DNA of 49,234 nt, counting the filler, from Jimgerdemannia flammicorona (taxonomy: Eukaryota), in assembly GCA_003990765.1 (NCBI GenBank). It is 2 parts of 2 records of this genome, joined end to end, with 100 filler letters (N's around TTAATTAATTAA, not from the genome) between each part and the next. Parts side by side here need not be neighbours in the genome. Positions count along the whole stretch, not along the records: positions 1 to 24,570 come from RBNJ01000956.1; 1 more part is not named here. One strand, 5' to 3'. The notes beneath the pieces were generated by a model. The model did not search any database. It saw only the letters and a program-made list of their open reading frames with translations, and was not told the DNA's origin. Both the position numbers and the translations under genes were made by a program. Positions 1 through 11,300 of the stretch are shown in pieces; positions within the stretch are counted from its first letter, which is position 1, and every line of letters begins with the position of its first letter.

Positions 1-51
1 TTTTTTATAATCACTTGGACTCCACCATTTATTATCTGTCTATTAATAAAT

Positions 52-3000
52 TTACAGTTCACCCTCCCACTACCCAATCCCCATAGGGGTGCCTCTCCCC
101 CTACCCATATAAATAAAGATCACTTTCTCACCCACAACACCAACCCTCCCCCCACTCTGCCCACAGATTTGTTCTACCAAATGATGCCTGTGACCTCTCT
201 TTAACCCCCAACCAAGCCACCAGCCCATCAAGGTGTCTTCCATAAGGCTCTACCACCTCAGCAGCCTGACCTTGGGGCCAAGTTTCCTCCCATCCTCAAA
301 AACAAATAACCAGTGACTGGCCAGCCCTACCCAAATGGCCAAAGCCCAACCTAATGTCAGCTATTCCTTCCCCACCCCCCCCTCCAGTCTGTCCCTTAAA
401 TCCTCCCATTGCCCCTGCACATCAGCTCCCCTACACACTACTCCCAGATGCTCCCCAATGTTCTGCCAAAAGGTACCAAGTACCTCATACTCTCCTAGCC
501 AATGTTCAGATGTCTGTACATATCCCCCTCCCTGCCCTACATTATAACACTCTTCACAGTCGAAGCAGCCTCCCTCAATAAGGTGACCAGAGCAAAAGTT
601 GAGTATGACATTTCGCCTCAGCATATGCCACCAGACCACCCAGTACTTCAGCGGCAGCCACCTCCTCACCTTGGCACTCCAGGCCCAAATGCTATGCCAG
701 TCCCACTCCTTGCTAATTCCTACTCCCTGCCAACTGTTAGGCCACAGATCCTGGCCAGTCCCCATTGGCATTCGATCCCATCTCCAATATCAAACTCAAT
801 CAAGGGAACACCACCTAGTAACACTCAGTCCCATCTCTACATCACTGGGTCCCAAGCCTCCTCCCCTTCATTCCCCTGCCACCTAATTCCAATGCAGTGT
901 ACCCCCTCTGCCACTCCCCACCAGAAGCCTTTGTATCACAATTGTCTAGAATTCTGAAGGCCCACAAGTGCTAGGAGATCACCAGTCGAACCCCTCAGAG
1001 AGGACCTCATCTCCCAGACCTTCTGCAGTAGGGGAACCCAACCACTCCCTCTCAACTCCACTGCTCACTTCAGCCACCATGCTCGCAAGCAGTGCAACCT
1101 CTTAGAAAAGTCAACCAGCCCAAGTCTCCCACTTGCCACTAGTAAGGACAAGACCTCCCAGTGATCTGACTCTGCCTTCCAGCCCAGATCTACCCCTTGG
1201 CCAGCTTCATCAAATGCTTTACCACCCAAGCTGGGAAGTCCAGATGATAAGCCAGATACCACACCTTTGGTAGCCAATAGATATTCAGAATTGAAATGTG
1301 TCCTGCCAGAGACAATTGGTGGCCCCCCCAACTCCACAGGGCCTCCTCCCAAATGTCAACCCACTGCTCCCACCAAAGTCAGGGCAGAACTGACCCATAT
1401 ACTGACAGATAAATACCCAAGTACCTCACTGCCTCACCAGCAGGGACAATTGTACCAATAATCTCCCCACCAACCAGACCATTGCCTAACACCATTGTTT
1501 CACACTTATGCTAATTAAGCCTAGCCCCAGAGTTCACCTCATACTACTCCACTGTCTCCTTGAGCTTCTCAACATCTGCAATTGATCCCAGTCTGACCAT
1601 CATGTCATCTGCAAATGCCCCCACTTTCCACCTGATGCCAAAGATAGAGAGCCCCACTATCTACTGCCTGATTCTGTCCATGAAGGGTTCCAGAGACAAA
1701 GTGTACAAAATGTGGGACAGTGGGTCCCCCTGGGGCACCCCCCTACCCAGAGAAAACACCACCCCTCTATGTCCATTATATATGAGTGCCACCCTACTCC
1801 CTTCCAGTAGGCTGATCATGGCAGCTCTGAACTGTCATGGGACCCCAATCCTATCCAGAACTTTTGCCAGCCAGACCCATCACACTCGGTCATAAGTCTT
1901 CTCTTGGTCCAAAAAGACCAGATGCCCATCCAGTCCACTGGTTCATGCCTCTTCAATAACACCATGCACCCATGCTGTACCATCCCTTATGAGCCAGCCT
2001 CCCACAAAGCCCCACTGCTCCTCACCCAAGACTTGTTGGGCCACCTTTTGCAACCTTGCAACCACCACTTTAGTAACCAACTTTCTGTCCATATCCAGCA
2101 GCATAATCAGCCTCCAGTTCTTCCAGTCCTCTTGGCTACCTTTGTTCTTATAAAGCAATATCACCAGCCCTAGATCCTGTTCTCCCACCCATCTCCCTGT
2201 CTGAAGAATCCAATCACACAGTGCTGTCATCTCTCCCAGTACTCCAGGGACTCCCACCATCCTTTTCCAGAAGTCCCAGGGCAGACCATCCTCCCCAGGT
2301 ACCATACCCAAGGTTGTCATGGCAAGAACCTGGTGGATCTCCTCCTCTAGCACCGGCAGTACTAAATCACTCAACCTATCTGCTTGGGTAGGGTGCCAAT
2401 CCTCCAATGCTCGATCAATGTCCTCAGCATCCACCCCACCCTCCTCCTCACTCCACAATCCACTCCAATGCTCCTTTAACGATCCAAGAATGTCTTGTAC
2501 CCTATGCACCAATACACCATCAGCATTAAGCACCCCCTCCTATCTTTGCTGCACTCTTCTCACCTGAAGAGCTCTCATAAGAAACTTTGAGGGCCACTCT
2601 CCTTCCTCCAGTCTCTGCCAACGAAGCCTTGCTGCCAGACCCTGGACTCTTGTCTCTTCCTCAATCCACAGCACCTGTTGTAGTTCAGCCACCTCCATTC
2701 GTAGCCTTATCAATTGCCAGTCCTCCTCCTCCTCCAATGTCACCAGTCTTGCCCAGTCCTCCAAGAGTCTAGAAAGTCTACTAGATGCCCACCACACCTG
2801 CCTCCTCTTCTGTCTCCCAGCCTCCATACCAGCCTCACTCCAGAAGGTCCTGGCCATCTCCTTCATCCTCATCCACTGAATATCAACTGGGACCCCACCC
2901 TGCCTCCAGTACTCTACCTGCAATTGAGTGACTTCAGCCTATTTATCCCACCAGATCTTATCATCAAGTAAGGAGGAATTGAGGCCCCAATGTCCAGGCC

Positions 3001-3723
3001 CATCCCCACTCCCCCAAAATGTCCCTGCCCTAAAAGCCCCCAATGATCTGACCAAGGGCACCATTCCATCTCCAGCGACTTCCAAACATCCAAGCCCCGG
3101 CAGCTGGCTGTCAGAATCCAATCAATCCTCATCCCCAAGCCCCTGGCCCATTGCGTGTACACCCTCCTATTCCCCCAGCATTCCCTATCTACATCTACCA
3201 GAGCACTCAGTCTTTCCACTTCCTCCCATGCCTCCAGTCCTCCACTCCGACCCACAGCCTCTCGTCCTCCATCAGTTCTATCCCTCACTATGTCACAGAC
3301 CATATTGAAGTCCCCACCAAGCACATCCACCCCAACTCCTGTAAGAATTCCACTCTCCTGTAGGCCTGTTACCCAATTCACCTGCTCACCCTGCACCACA
3401 GAGCAGTAACAGGAGCCCACCATGACAGGCTCCCAACCTGTGCATATCCACTCTCCCCAGACTAATCTATCTCCCCAGCTCTGCATATCCCATATCTCCC
3501 CTCTGCCTTTCCACACCAGAATTCCAACCTTGCCCTTCCAGACTGCCTCACCTCCCCACTCCTTCATCCATTCCAATCTATCTAAGTCATTCTCACACCT
3601 GACATCCTGCAAGAGGAAGAGATCAGCCTCCAATCCCTTCAGCCAAGTAAAAATGTTCTGATGTCGATAAGTACCCCATAACCCATTCACATTCAGAGAA
3701 AAAATGTTGATTGTACTATTCAT
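52..3723 (-). pseudogene. LINE ORF2: APE endonuclease, reverse transcriptase and zf-RVT-like domain, disrupted
   Basis: Endonuclease motifs MNSTINIFSLNVNGL, GGDFN, RIDWIL, WSDH. RT motifs PGEDGLP, NWRLIMLLDMDRK and AFADDM (~1600-1618). CFDC...EHWL at 361-771. 3' end approximate. Confidence 0.92.
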
Positions 3724-3754
3724 AAGGGAGATTATATAGTTTCAGATGAGTTCT

Positions 3755-5803
3755 CTACTGCTCTATATCCACTTCCTCCTGTGCCCTATCCAGTTCATGC
3801 TCAGCAATAGCTTCTTCTTCCTCAGCCCTCTTAGCCTCCAATTCAGCCAGGATCTCAGCCATCTCCCCATCCTCCTTCTCCTCAAACTCCTCATGGTACT
3901 CTATATAAGCCTCTTGCCAGAGCTGCAGTCCATGCTGCTTAGTCCAACAGTGTACAGCCTGCTCACCTGCCACAACTGCCAGAGCAGCTTCCCTCTCCTT
4001 ATCTACCTCATATCCCTCCTCCTCCAAGTATACTGCCAGAATTTCTGCCTTCAATGCTGCCACCACTCCATCACCCTGCAGGATCCTTGTCCAATGCTCA
4101 TCACTCATCACTCGGAGGTCGACTTCCCCCAGCTCTTCCACTGCCAAGTTGTTCATCATCCGGCACACCCAGAGCAAGTTTCCCACCTCCTTCCCTCCAG
4201 GGGTCGCTGGTCTCCTGCCATCCAACATCATAGTATCAGCCCCTACACTCGCTGACTCATTCCATCCCTCCTCTGGGACATCCACCAATTTCTCCTCCCC
4301 AGTTGCCTCTTCTAATCCCCCCTTCTCCACATTTGGGACTCCAAAGCATACCTGCTGAGCACCGTGCATTGGCACATCCTCCACCACCCTACCTCTTGCT
4401 GCCAGACCCCTTCTGATAAGGGGAGAGGGTGAAGGTGAATCTCCCCAGGTTTCCTCCCAAACCTCAAGTGTGCCATCTTTATATGGATTCTTGCTCAGCA
4501 CCTTCTCAGCCTCCATCTGCCCCCCCTCCTCATTTCTTCCACTCTCAGCAGTCCAGACACTCACCTCAGCACCTCCAGTGGTTGCACCATCGCTTGCCTT
4601 CCTCATCGCCCCCACCCCCATTTTTTCCAACAATTCCCTCTGCCTTCTGTGCCCTTGAGACCTCTCCCACACCTCCTTGTTGATGTGAACTCTCTTCCCT
4701 CCAACCACCTCAAGATGCATTGCCTCCTCAAATGCCTTCCAAGCCTTCAACCTCCTCTCCACTGCCCCACTCAACTCCTCCAGTACTTTCAGCAAATCCT
4801 CCTCCTCCTCCTCACTCCCCTTTACTCTCATCATCTTGCACAAAAAAGTCCCCCACACTATCACTGAGGGCCAGTCCCGAGCCTTTCCAGTAGCCTCCCT
4901 CCCGGCCAACTGAATCCTGATGTCAACATCCCCTGTCCAGAGGGAGGTTCCTTCCCACACTCTGAACCCAATATCGACCACCTCCCCATACTCCGCCATG
5001 ATCTCCTCGACTCTCTTCCTCGTCTCTACAGTAGTAACTGTGGAAACTCCTTTCACCAGAAGCTGTACTACTCTTGGGTCCCACCTCAGGCATCTCACCA
5101 TCAGTACACACACCTCACCCACTTTCATTCCAGCCTTCAAAGCCTCCTCCAGTGGTCCAGCCTCCTCAAATCCCACCTCTACCCCTTCTAGGCCCTTCAG
5201 GAACTTAACAGATACTGCACCACTCATCTGCTTTGCGATCAGCCCCAGAACCATTTTTGCTGTCACTGCCAAGCCCGTTGTGTTTGGATTGTTCAAGTCT
5301 GTCACTGCCAAGCCCCAGAAACACATCATGAGTGCAAATTCTGAGATCGACTTCTTGAGTAATGGAGCCACCACCAGTCCTATTATACCATCTGCTAGGT
5401 CTCCAGGCCTCATGTCCTTCCCACTGCTTGGCTCACTATCAGCAGTCCCATCTAGATTTTTTTTCAGATCACCCATCACACCTCCATCAGCAGTCTCTGC
5501 CTCAGCCGCTACCCCCCCAGCTCCACACCTATGGCCCTCTAGAAAGGCACCCCCAAGAGGTTGCTGCCTTGTGGCCCTCACTGGCACCTTCCCCCCCCTC
5601 AGCCAGCTCTCCAGTCCAGCTCCCTGCTGACCCCCTTTTACCTTCTCCACAAAACTCGCTCTGCCAGACCCTTGACCTCCAGCTCTGCCCCCTCCTCCAT
5701 CACATCCTCCCACCAGCAGGCCCCTCATACTTCCCCCCAGGCCAGGGTCTCTCCCTACTTGCTGCCATTCAAATGCTCCAGGGCCACCCTGCCCAGTACA
5801 CAC
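3755..5803 (-). CDS. LINE ORF1 protein (RRM-like core, acidic helical C-terminus); frame open, original ATG apparently mutated to ATA
   Basis: 682-codon open frame directly upstream of ORF2. Homologous to ORF1 of copies B, C and D. Confidence 0.8.
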   Translation of the reverse strand: MCTGQGGPGAFEWQQVGRDPGLGGSMRGLLVGGCDGGGGRAGGQGSGRASFVEKVKGGQQGAGLESWLRGGKVPVRATRQQPLGGAFLEGHRCGAGGVAAEAETADGGVMGDLKKNLDGTADSEPSSGKDMRPGDLADGIIGLVVAPLLKKSISEFALMMCFWGLAVTDLNNPNTTGLAVTAKMVLGLIAKQMSGAVSVKFLKGLEGVEVGFEEAGPLEEALKAGMKVGEVCVLMVRCLRWDPRVVQLLVKGVSTVTTVETRKRVEEIMAEYGEVVDIGFRVWEGTSLWTGDVDIRIQLAGREATGKARDWPSVIVWGTFLCKMMRVKGSEEEEEDLLKVLEELSGAVERRLKAWKAFEEAMHLEVVGGKRVHINKEVWERSQGHRRQRELLEKMGVGAMRKASDGATTGGAEVSVWTAESGRNEEGGQMEAEKVLSKNPYKDGTLEVWEETWGDSPSPSPLIRRGLAARGRVVEDVPMHGAQQVCFGVPNVEKGGLEEATGEEKLVDVPEEGWNESASVGADTMMLDGRRPATPGGKEVGNLLWVCRMMNNLAVEELGEVDLRVMSDEHWTRILQGDGVVAALKAEILAVYLEEEGYEVDKEREAALAVVAGEQAVHCWTKQHGLQLWQEAYIEYHEEFEEKEDGEMAEILAELEAKRAEEEEAIAEHELDRAQEEVDIEQ

Positions 5804-5915
5804 CTCCGAATGCTTGTTGGTTGCTATGATACTAGTAGCTTGTCTCCAGAAACTGTGTTGAAAGTGTTGCCAAAAGATTGTGTAACCTGAATGTTACTGG
5901 AGAAAGGACATGTTG

Positions 5916-7722
5916 TTTCCAGTCCCTTCCTTGGATCCCATATATAAGCTACTTGATCATTCATAATTGCCCTAAGTACTGCCTCTCTGTCATCATCTAC
6001 TTGATAAGTCTCTGCCTTTAGCAATACTGCTATTATCTTATTTAAGATTTTTCTTAGCATCTCCTTACTATATAGAATCTCACTCCAGTATCTCTTGCTT
6101 AGTATCTGAAAGTCCTCCCCTCCCAGCTCCTCAGTCCCCACATTCTCAAGAGTTTTCTACAGCCACTTCTCCTCATCCACAGCCTTCTTAACTCTCTAGG
6201 CCACTCTCTTCACCCTCTCCTTCTTGCCAACTCATCTCAATCCTTCTCCAACACTTCCTGCAGTTCATCCTCACCAGCAGCCCTGTCTGGTACTCCATAC
6301 TAAGGGTGCTCCCCCTCAACCATCTCTGCATCTTCCATGTCTACACTCAATCCAGAGTCACTGCTCTTTCTCTGAGCCACCTCTGGAGCCACCCCCTTCT
6401 CCACTATCCAGGCACTTGCTCACAAACCAGCATCTTCAGTGGTAGTCCCCTCTACTGGCCCCCCTCCCAACTTCATCAACAGATCCTTCTGAATCCACCT
6501 CCCCTGTGTCTACTCCCAGACTGCCCAATCCAGCCACACCTTCTTGTCATTAATAATATCTACAACTGTCTTGACCTCATACTCCTTCCAGGCCAATCTC
6601 CTCCTCTCCACAACTCCAGCCAAGTCCTCTAATGCCTTTAGCAAGTCCTCTTCCTCCTTCAGCATCCCTTTCACTTGCAAGATCTTCCACTCCACAGGTC
6701 CCCACTTAAGAACTACCAGCCAGTTTCTTGTCTTCTCTGTATTCTCCTTGCCTGCCAGCTGTACCCTATTGTCCACATCCCCTATTCTGAATTCAGTACC
6801 TTTCTAGACCCTAAATTCAACATTTATGATCTCTCTATACTCCTTGATGACCTCTACAATCAATCCCCTGGCCATTTCCTTTGACACCATATGAATATCC
6901 AGTACTGTTAGCTATATCACTCAGGGATTCCAGTATAAGCACCAGGCCATGGAGATCACCACCCCCCTCACCACTACTCCCTTTTTCATTGTCGCTAATA
7001 GCACCTCCTTCTTCTCAAAGCTGACCTCTACTACTTCCAGTCTATTCAAAAACTTCACCAAAGTGGCCCCTTTCACCTCCTGGATCAGAAGTCCTAGAAT
7101 CATCCTTGTCATTACTGCTAAGCCTCAGAAACATAATGTAATAGTGAATTCTGACCTCAATTTCTTAAGTAATAGTGCTGCTACCACTCCCATCACATCA
7201 TCTGCTAGGTCCCCAGGCCTCATGCCCACCCCTTGTCCAGATCTATCATCAACTATCACATCTGGATTTTTTTCAGATTAGCAGTCCTATACTATCAGCA
7301 ATCCCACTCTCCCCAGCCACTATTCCTCCAGCTCTGCTGCCCTCATCACCATGGACCATTCCCCCAGAACCTATAGCCCTCACCATCTCCTTGTCCTTCC
7401 TCAGCTAGCCCTCCAGTCCAGTTATAATCATTGGTCAACCTTCCTTTACCTTGTCTGCAAAACTCATTCTCTCTATCTTCTGTCCCCCAGTACTACTCTC
7501 TCCCCTTCTATGTCCTCCAGCCAGCAAGCTCCTCATACTTCCTCCCAAGTCATGACTCCTCCCCACATACTGCCAGTTGAATGACTAGAGCTACCCTGTC
7601 CAGTATGTACCTCAGAATGCTCATCAGTTACTATGTTGCTAGTACCTTTCTTCAAAAATGAAGTCATGAGTATTGCTAGAAGATTGTGTAACCCAAATAT
7701 TACTAGAGAAAGGGGGGTTGTA
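5916..7722 (-). mobile_element. LINE copy B (divergent subfamily): 5'UTR plus ORF1, cut off by copy A
   Basis: Same 5' motif at ~7680-7722. ORF1 remnants VKFLNRLEVVEVSFE, EEEDLLKALEDL and EELGGEDFQILSKRYW align to ORF1 of copy A. Confidence 0.85.
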
Positions 7723-8070
7723 TTGTCAAGGATCAATAGATCAAAATTATCAAATCCTAGAACTAATCCAGACACCTATATAGAGGTTTGATTTACTCAT
7801 TCTTACAGAACTCTTTGATCTAATCTCCAGAAATCAAGCAATCCCAAGTCACTCTATATTACAACCATAGTAGGCCAAACAGTCTTCAAGAGAATCTACC
7901 TCTATACACCCATCACTAGTAGTCAACATACTGACAGATGTTAACATTCAGACCCTAACTGTCCAGCTAACCATACTGACTAAAATAGTAGGACAAATTG
8001 CTAAACAAAACAAATTAACAAAGACATTGAGAATTTCCATCTTTAGTGGAAAGAACAGTGATATTGAAAT

Positions 8071-8185
8071 TTTTAGAATAGCAACTTGATAGATTAGTGA
8101 TTTTATTCATCTTATATTATTCATCAGTAATACATAAAATATGTATCCTATACAAGTTTAATAAAAATGCTCCTCTTTTCTAACA
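8071..8185 (+). repeat. copia 5' LTR
   Basis: Aligns with 14342-14467 (ATCAGTAAT..ATAAAATA..TCCTATACAAGTT.AATAAAAATGC.CCTCTTT..AACA). Confidence 0.85.
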
Positions 8186-8200
8186 AAAGTTATGAGCCTC
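8186..8200 (+). promoter_or_regulatory. primer-binding site complementary to the tRNAi-Met anticodon stem-loop
   Basis: AAAGTTATGAGCCTC directly after the LTR resembles the GGTTATGAGCCC PBS of Ty5/copia-type elements. Confidence 0.7.
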
Positions 8201-8319
8201 ACTAGTATTAAGTAGCTATAGTATATATACCTCATAAATATATACTATACAATCATATGCACTAGAAATATCAAGTGATGAATAATCTAGCAATATAAAT
8301 ATACTAATTATAAGTATTT

Positions 8320-11300
8320 TGGCAATAGGAGAAGTCCCTATTATAAGTATAAATACAGCCAAAAGGTCTATTCGGATCTTCAACAGGAAAGATTATGTCA
8401 TCTGGGCATTCCATATGACAAATCTCCTTGATGAATGTGGCTTGGTAGAATATATGAAACTATAAGTGCAGATTCAAGATTATGATATCACTAAGTACTA
8501 TATAAGATTGTATTTATATTGTTAAATTTGCAAATAAAGCTAGTAATATATACTAATATGTCTAATGAGGTTGGAAAGCCCTACATAATCATCATGTACA
8601 AGTATTTGCATCAAATAGATTCCATCTGAAATCTCAGCAATTCAATCTTTGAATGAAGTCTAAAGAGAGCATCTGCAAATATACCAGTCATATCAATGAT
8701 CTGGTGAATCAAGTGAATTCCCTCAGCACATCTGCACACTGTATTGGCAATGAAAATAAGGTTATAGTACTCACAAGGGGACTTCTGGACAAATATAATA
8801 TTATCATCACAGCTATACATGAGAGTAGCAGCCTTTTGGACAACTACTACATAATAACAAGTCTTATAAATGAGAAAATATATCAAGGAAATAGTGCCAA
8901 AGAAAACAATGATGAAAGGGCATTCTATGGATTCCACAGATGCAATACCAAATGAGATCAAAGACATGGTCAACAAAGCCAATAAACCCAAACTCAAGCT
9001 CAATAATACTACAGCCAATCAATTAAGTATGATGGTTATTGTAAATACTGTAGCAAGTATAGACATAGAAAGCACTAATGTTATTGCTGGGAAAATGACA
9101 AGAAGAGCAGTAAAAAGTATAGAAAAAGCCAGTATTAGCAATATGGGGGCAATAGTGGGAACTATTGGGGAAAGTATAGAAATGCAAACACTGCTGAAAC
9201 TGATAAAAGTAATAAGCTATTTTTTGCACAAGCTGCCTGTCCCTCAATATCTATAAAGCCTGACAAGGATGATAATTTTAGACCTAAAAGTCCTGCCAAA
9301 TCCACTACCAATTCCAACAGTATCAGTTCTACCAGTATAAGATCTACCACTAAATTTACCAACTCATCATCTATGAATTCTGGTCAATAACAAAAACAAA
9401 ACACTTTTCATCCAACAAAAAGTGGTATAATGTCAGTACTGCCAGCAGTGTGTATAGAAAAATTGCCAACTATATATCTACTGAATATGTAGCAAACACA
9501 GCCAATGATAGTGATGTCTGATTAATAGATTCTAGTGCCATGTAATATATGATGCCATACAGAGAATAGTTCTCTATGTATCAACTATTTGAACACATCA
9601 AGTTGGGAGATAATAATGTCATCTATGCTCAAGGAAAGAGAAATGTCAGCATACATCTCTATGGAAATATTATCAAGCCTATTATTTTTTTTTTTTTTTT
9701 TTTTTTTTTAAGAGACTCAATGTCCCACAGATTTTTATTGGAAGGGAACCTATACTATATAGGCCAAAACCCTCCCCCACCACCCATCAAGCACTGCCCC
9801 CCTATTAACCTAGACTAGCTATTGTCCAGCAGCTTGACCATACCAGGTGCAGCAGGGCTTATGTTGGCCTGTATCTCATTCTGCACACCATGCTCTCCCT
9901 ACCATCAGGGGAAACCCAGCCATATGCCAATGACTGAAAGTGCATGCCCGAGAACCCAATGTATGTACAAGGCCATGCCTGAGCTGAATAGAATAGCCCC
10001 TGCCACCCCAAAGAGAATGACAGGTATAGAAAAACCCTCATCAAAGTATAACATAGTGGGTAGGGCCTGGTTCTCCCAGTTGAGGTGAGTAAAGAACTTA
10101 CATATGAGACAGAAGGAGACCCCCAATACTCCACTACTCAAGTCTGCAGGCCTTGATCATGTTGCTATGTCAGCTCCCAGTTCCAGTTGAGTGCAGCCAA
10201 GATGCTTGAAATGGGAAGCCTTGGGCCCCCCAACCCCCCCTGACAACCAGGGCCCAACCTGCTGAATTGCTAAAAGAAGCCAAGAGTGACACCTACTACC
10301 TAACTGTACTGCACCAATCAAAAGGCCCCACTGAAGCAGTACTCACCCCAGCCCTGATGACTGCCCCCAGCCTAGTACCCCACTGGTTCACCATTATTGC
10401 CCTTCCTCCTATCTGTGATGGCCATCTCCCCTCCCATCCCAACAACACCTGAAAAGCAGTCACCTATACCAGAACTGTACTCGCCAGGAAGCTCACCAAA
10501 GCCAGAGAGCCCCACTACAGGCATTGAGGACCTACAGGTAACCTATACTGAGTACTTGATGCCCAAGGTCAGCTGACTCCCTATGTAGCCTGAGATATAC
10601 TGAGACAGCATCTTGTTGACAATGGCAAAAGGAAGAAGGTGCTGCACCAAAACAGATGCACTCCAGATATAGCCGAAGTCACCAGAAACTGTGAAAAAGT
10701 GGAGAAGACACCAATCTAACACTGATAAAGGGGCAACTCATCACCATTGCCTCCCTCCCACTGCTCTGCAACAGGTATAGCAAACCAACCCAAGGTAGAG
10801 AGGGTAATAATTGTGGAAAGTAGACTTGGAAGGTTGCCTACCAAACCATTGTGACTGGTAAGGTAGTGGAGAAAGAGGGATGATCAAGCCTATTATTACT
10901 CTTGCAGATATACTATATACTCCAGAGATAGGAAAGAACCTCTTCTCTATAGGCAAATGATGACTCATGGCAACAAAGAGATACATATACATTCAAAGCG
11001 CATAATAGTATATAATTTGTATGATAATAAGAGATTAATGACAGTCTTGAAATGTGGCAATCTTTATATGTTTAATAGTATATTGAGTAGTATGAAAGCC
11101 TCTGCATACATGACAACTACACCTGATGCATCTAACACATGATATCAATGCTTAGGACATATTGGCAAGATGAGCCTTGAATATATAATAAGAAGCAGAT
11201 CTCTCAATGGATTGCTAACATACATATATATATACATGAAAATTTCTTTTATAAGAATTATATAGCAAATAAAGCATCCTGATGACTATTCAAAGAATGA

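Larger units (their letters stand above)
1..5915 (-). mobile_element. LINE copy A (L1/Tx1-like non-LTR retrotransposon), near full length
   Basis: 5' end CAACATGTCCTTTCTCCAGTAACATTCAGG is shared with three other copies. Followed by ORF1 and ORF2 (APE-RT-zf). AATAAA and the start of the poly(A) tail (T run at 1-6) lie at the window edge. Confidence 0.93.

Noticed and set aside
335..5890. Numerous Pro/Ser/Leu-rich plus-strand ORFs
   Set aside because: Antisense shadows of the G-rich LINE strand.
8062..8070. Alternative copia 5' LTR start at TATTGAAAT
   Set aside because: Alignment to the 3' LTR and the GAAAT TSD place the start at 8071.
9822..10141. Hydrophobic ORF in the retroposon (VILFGVAGAILFSSG...)
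   Set aside because: The frame is not preserved in copy 2, it is short, and it has no recognisable domain. Cannot be fully excluded without a consensus.
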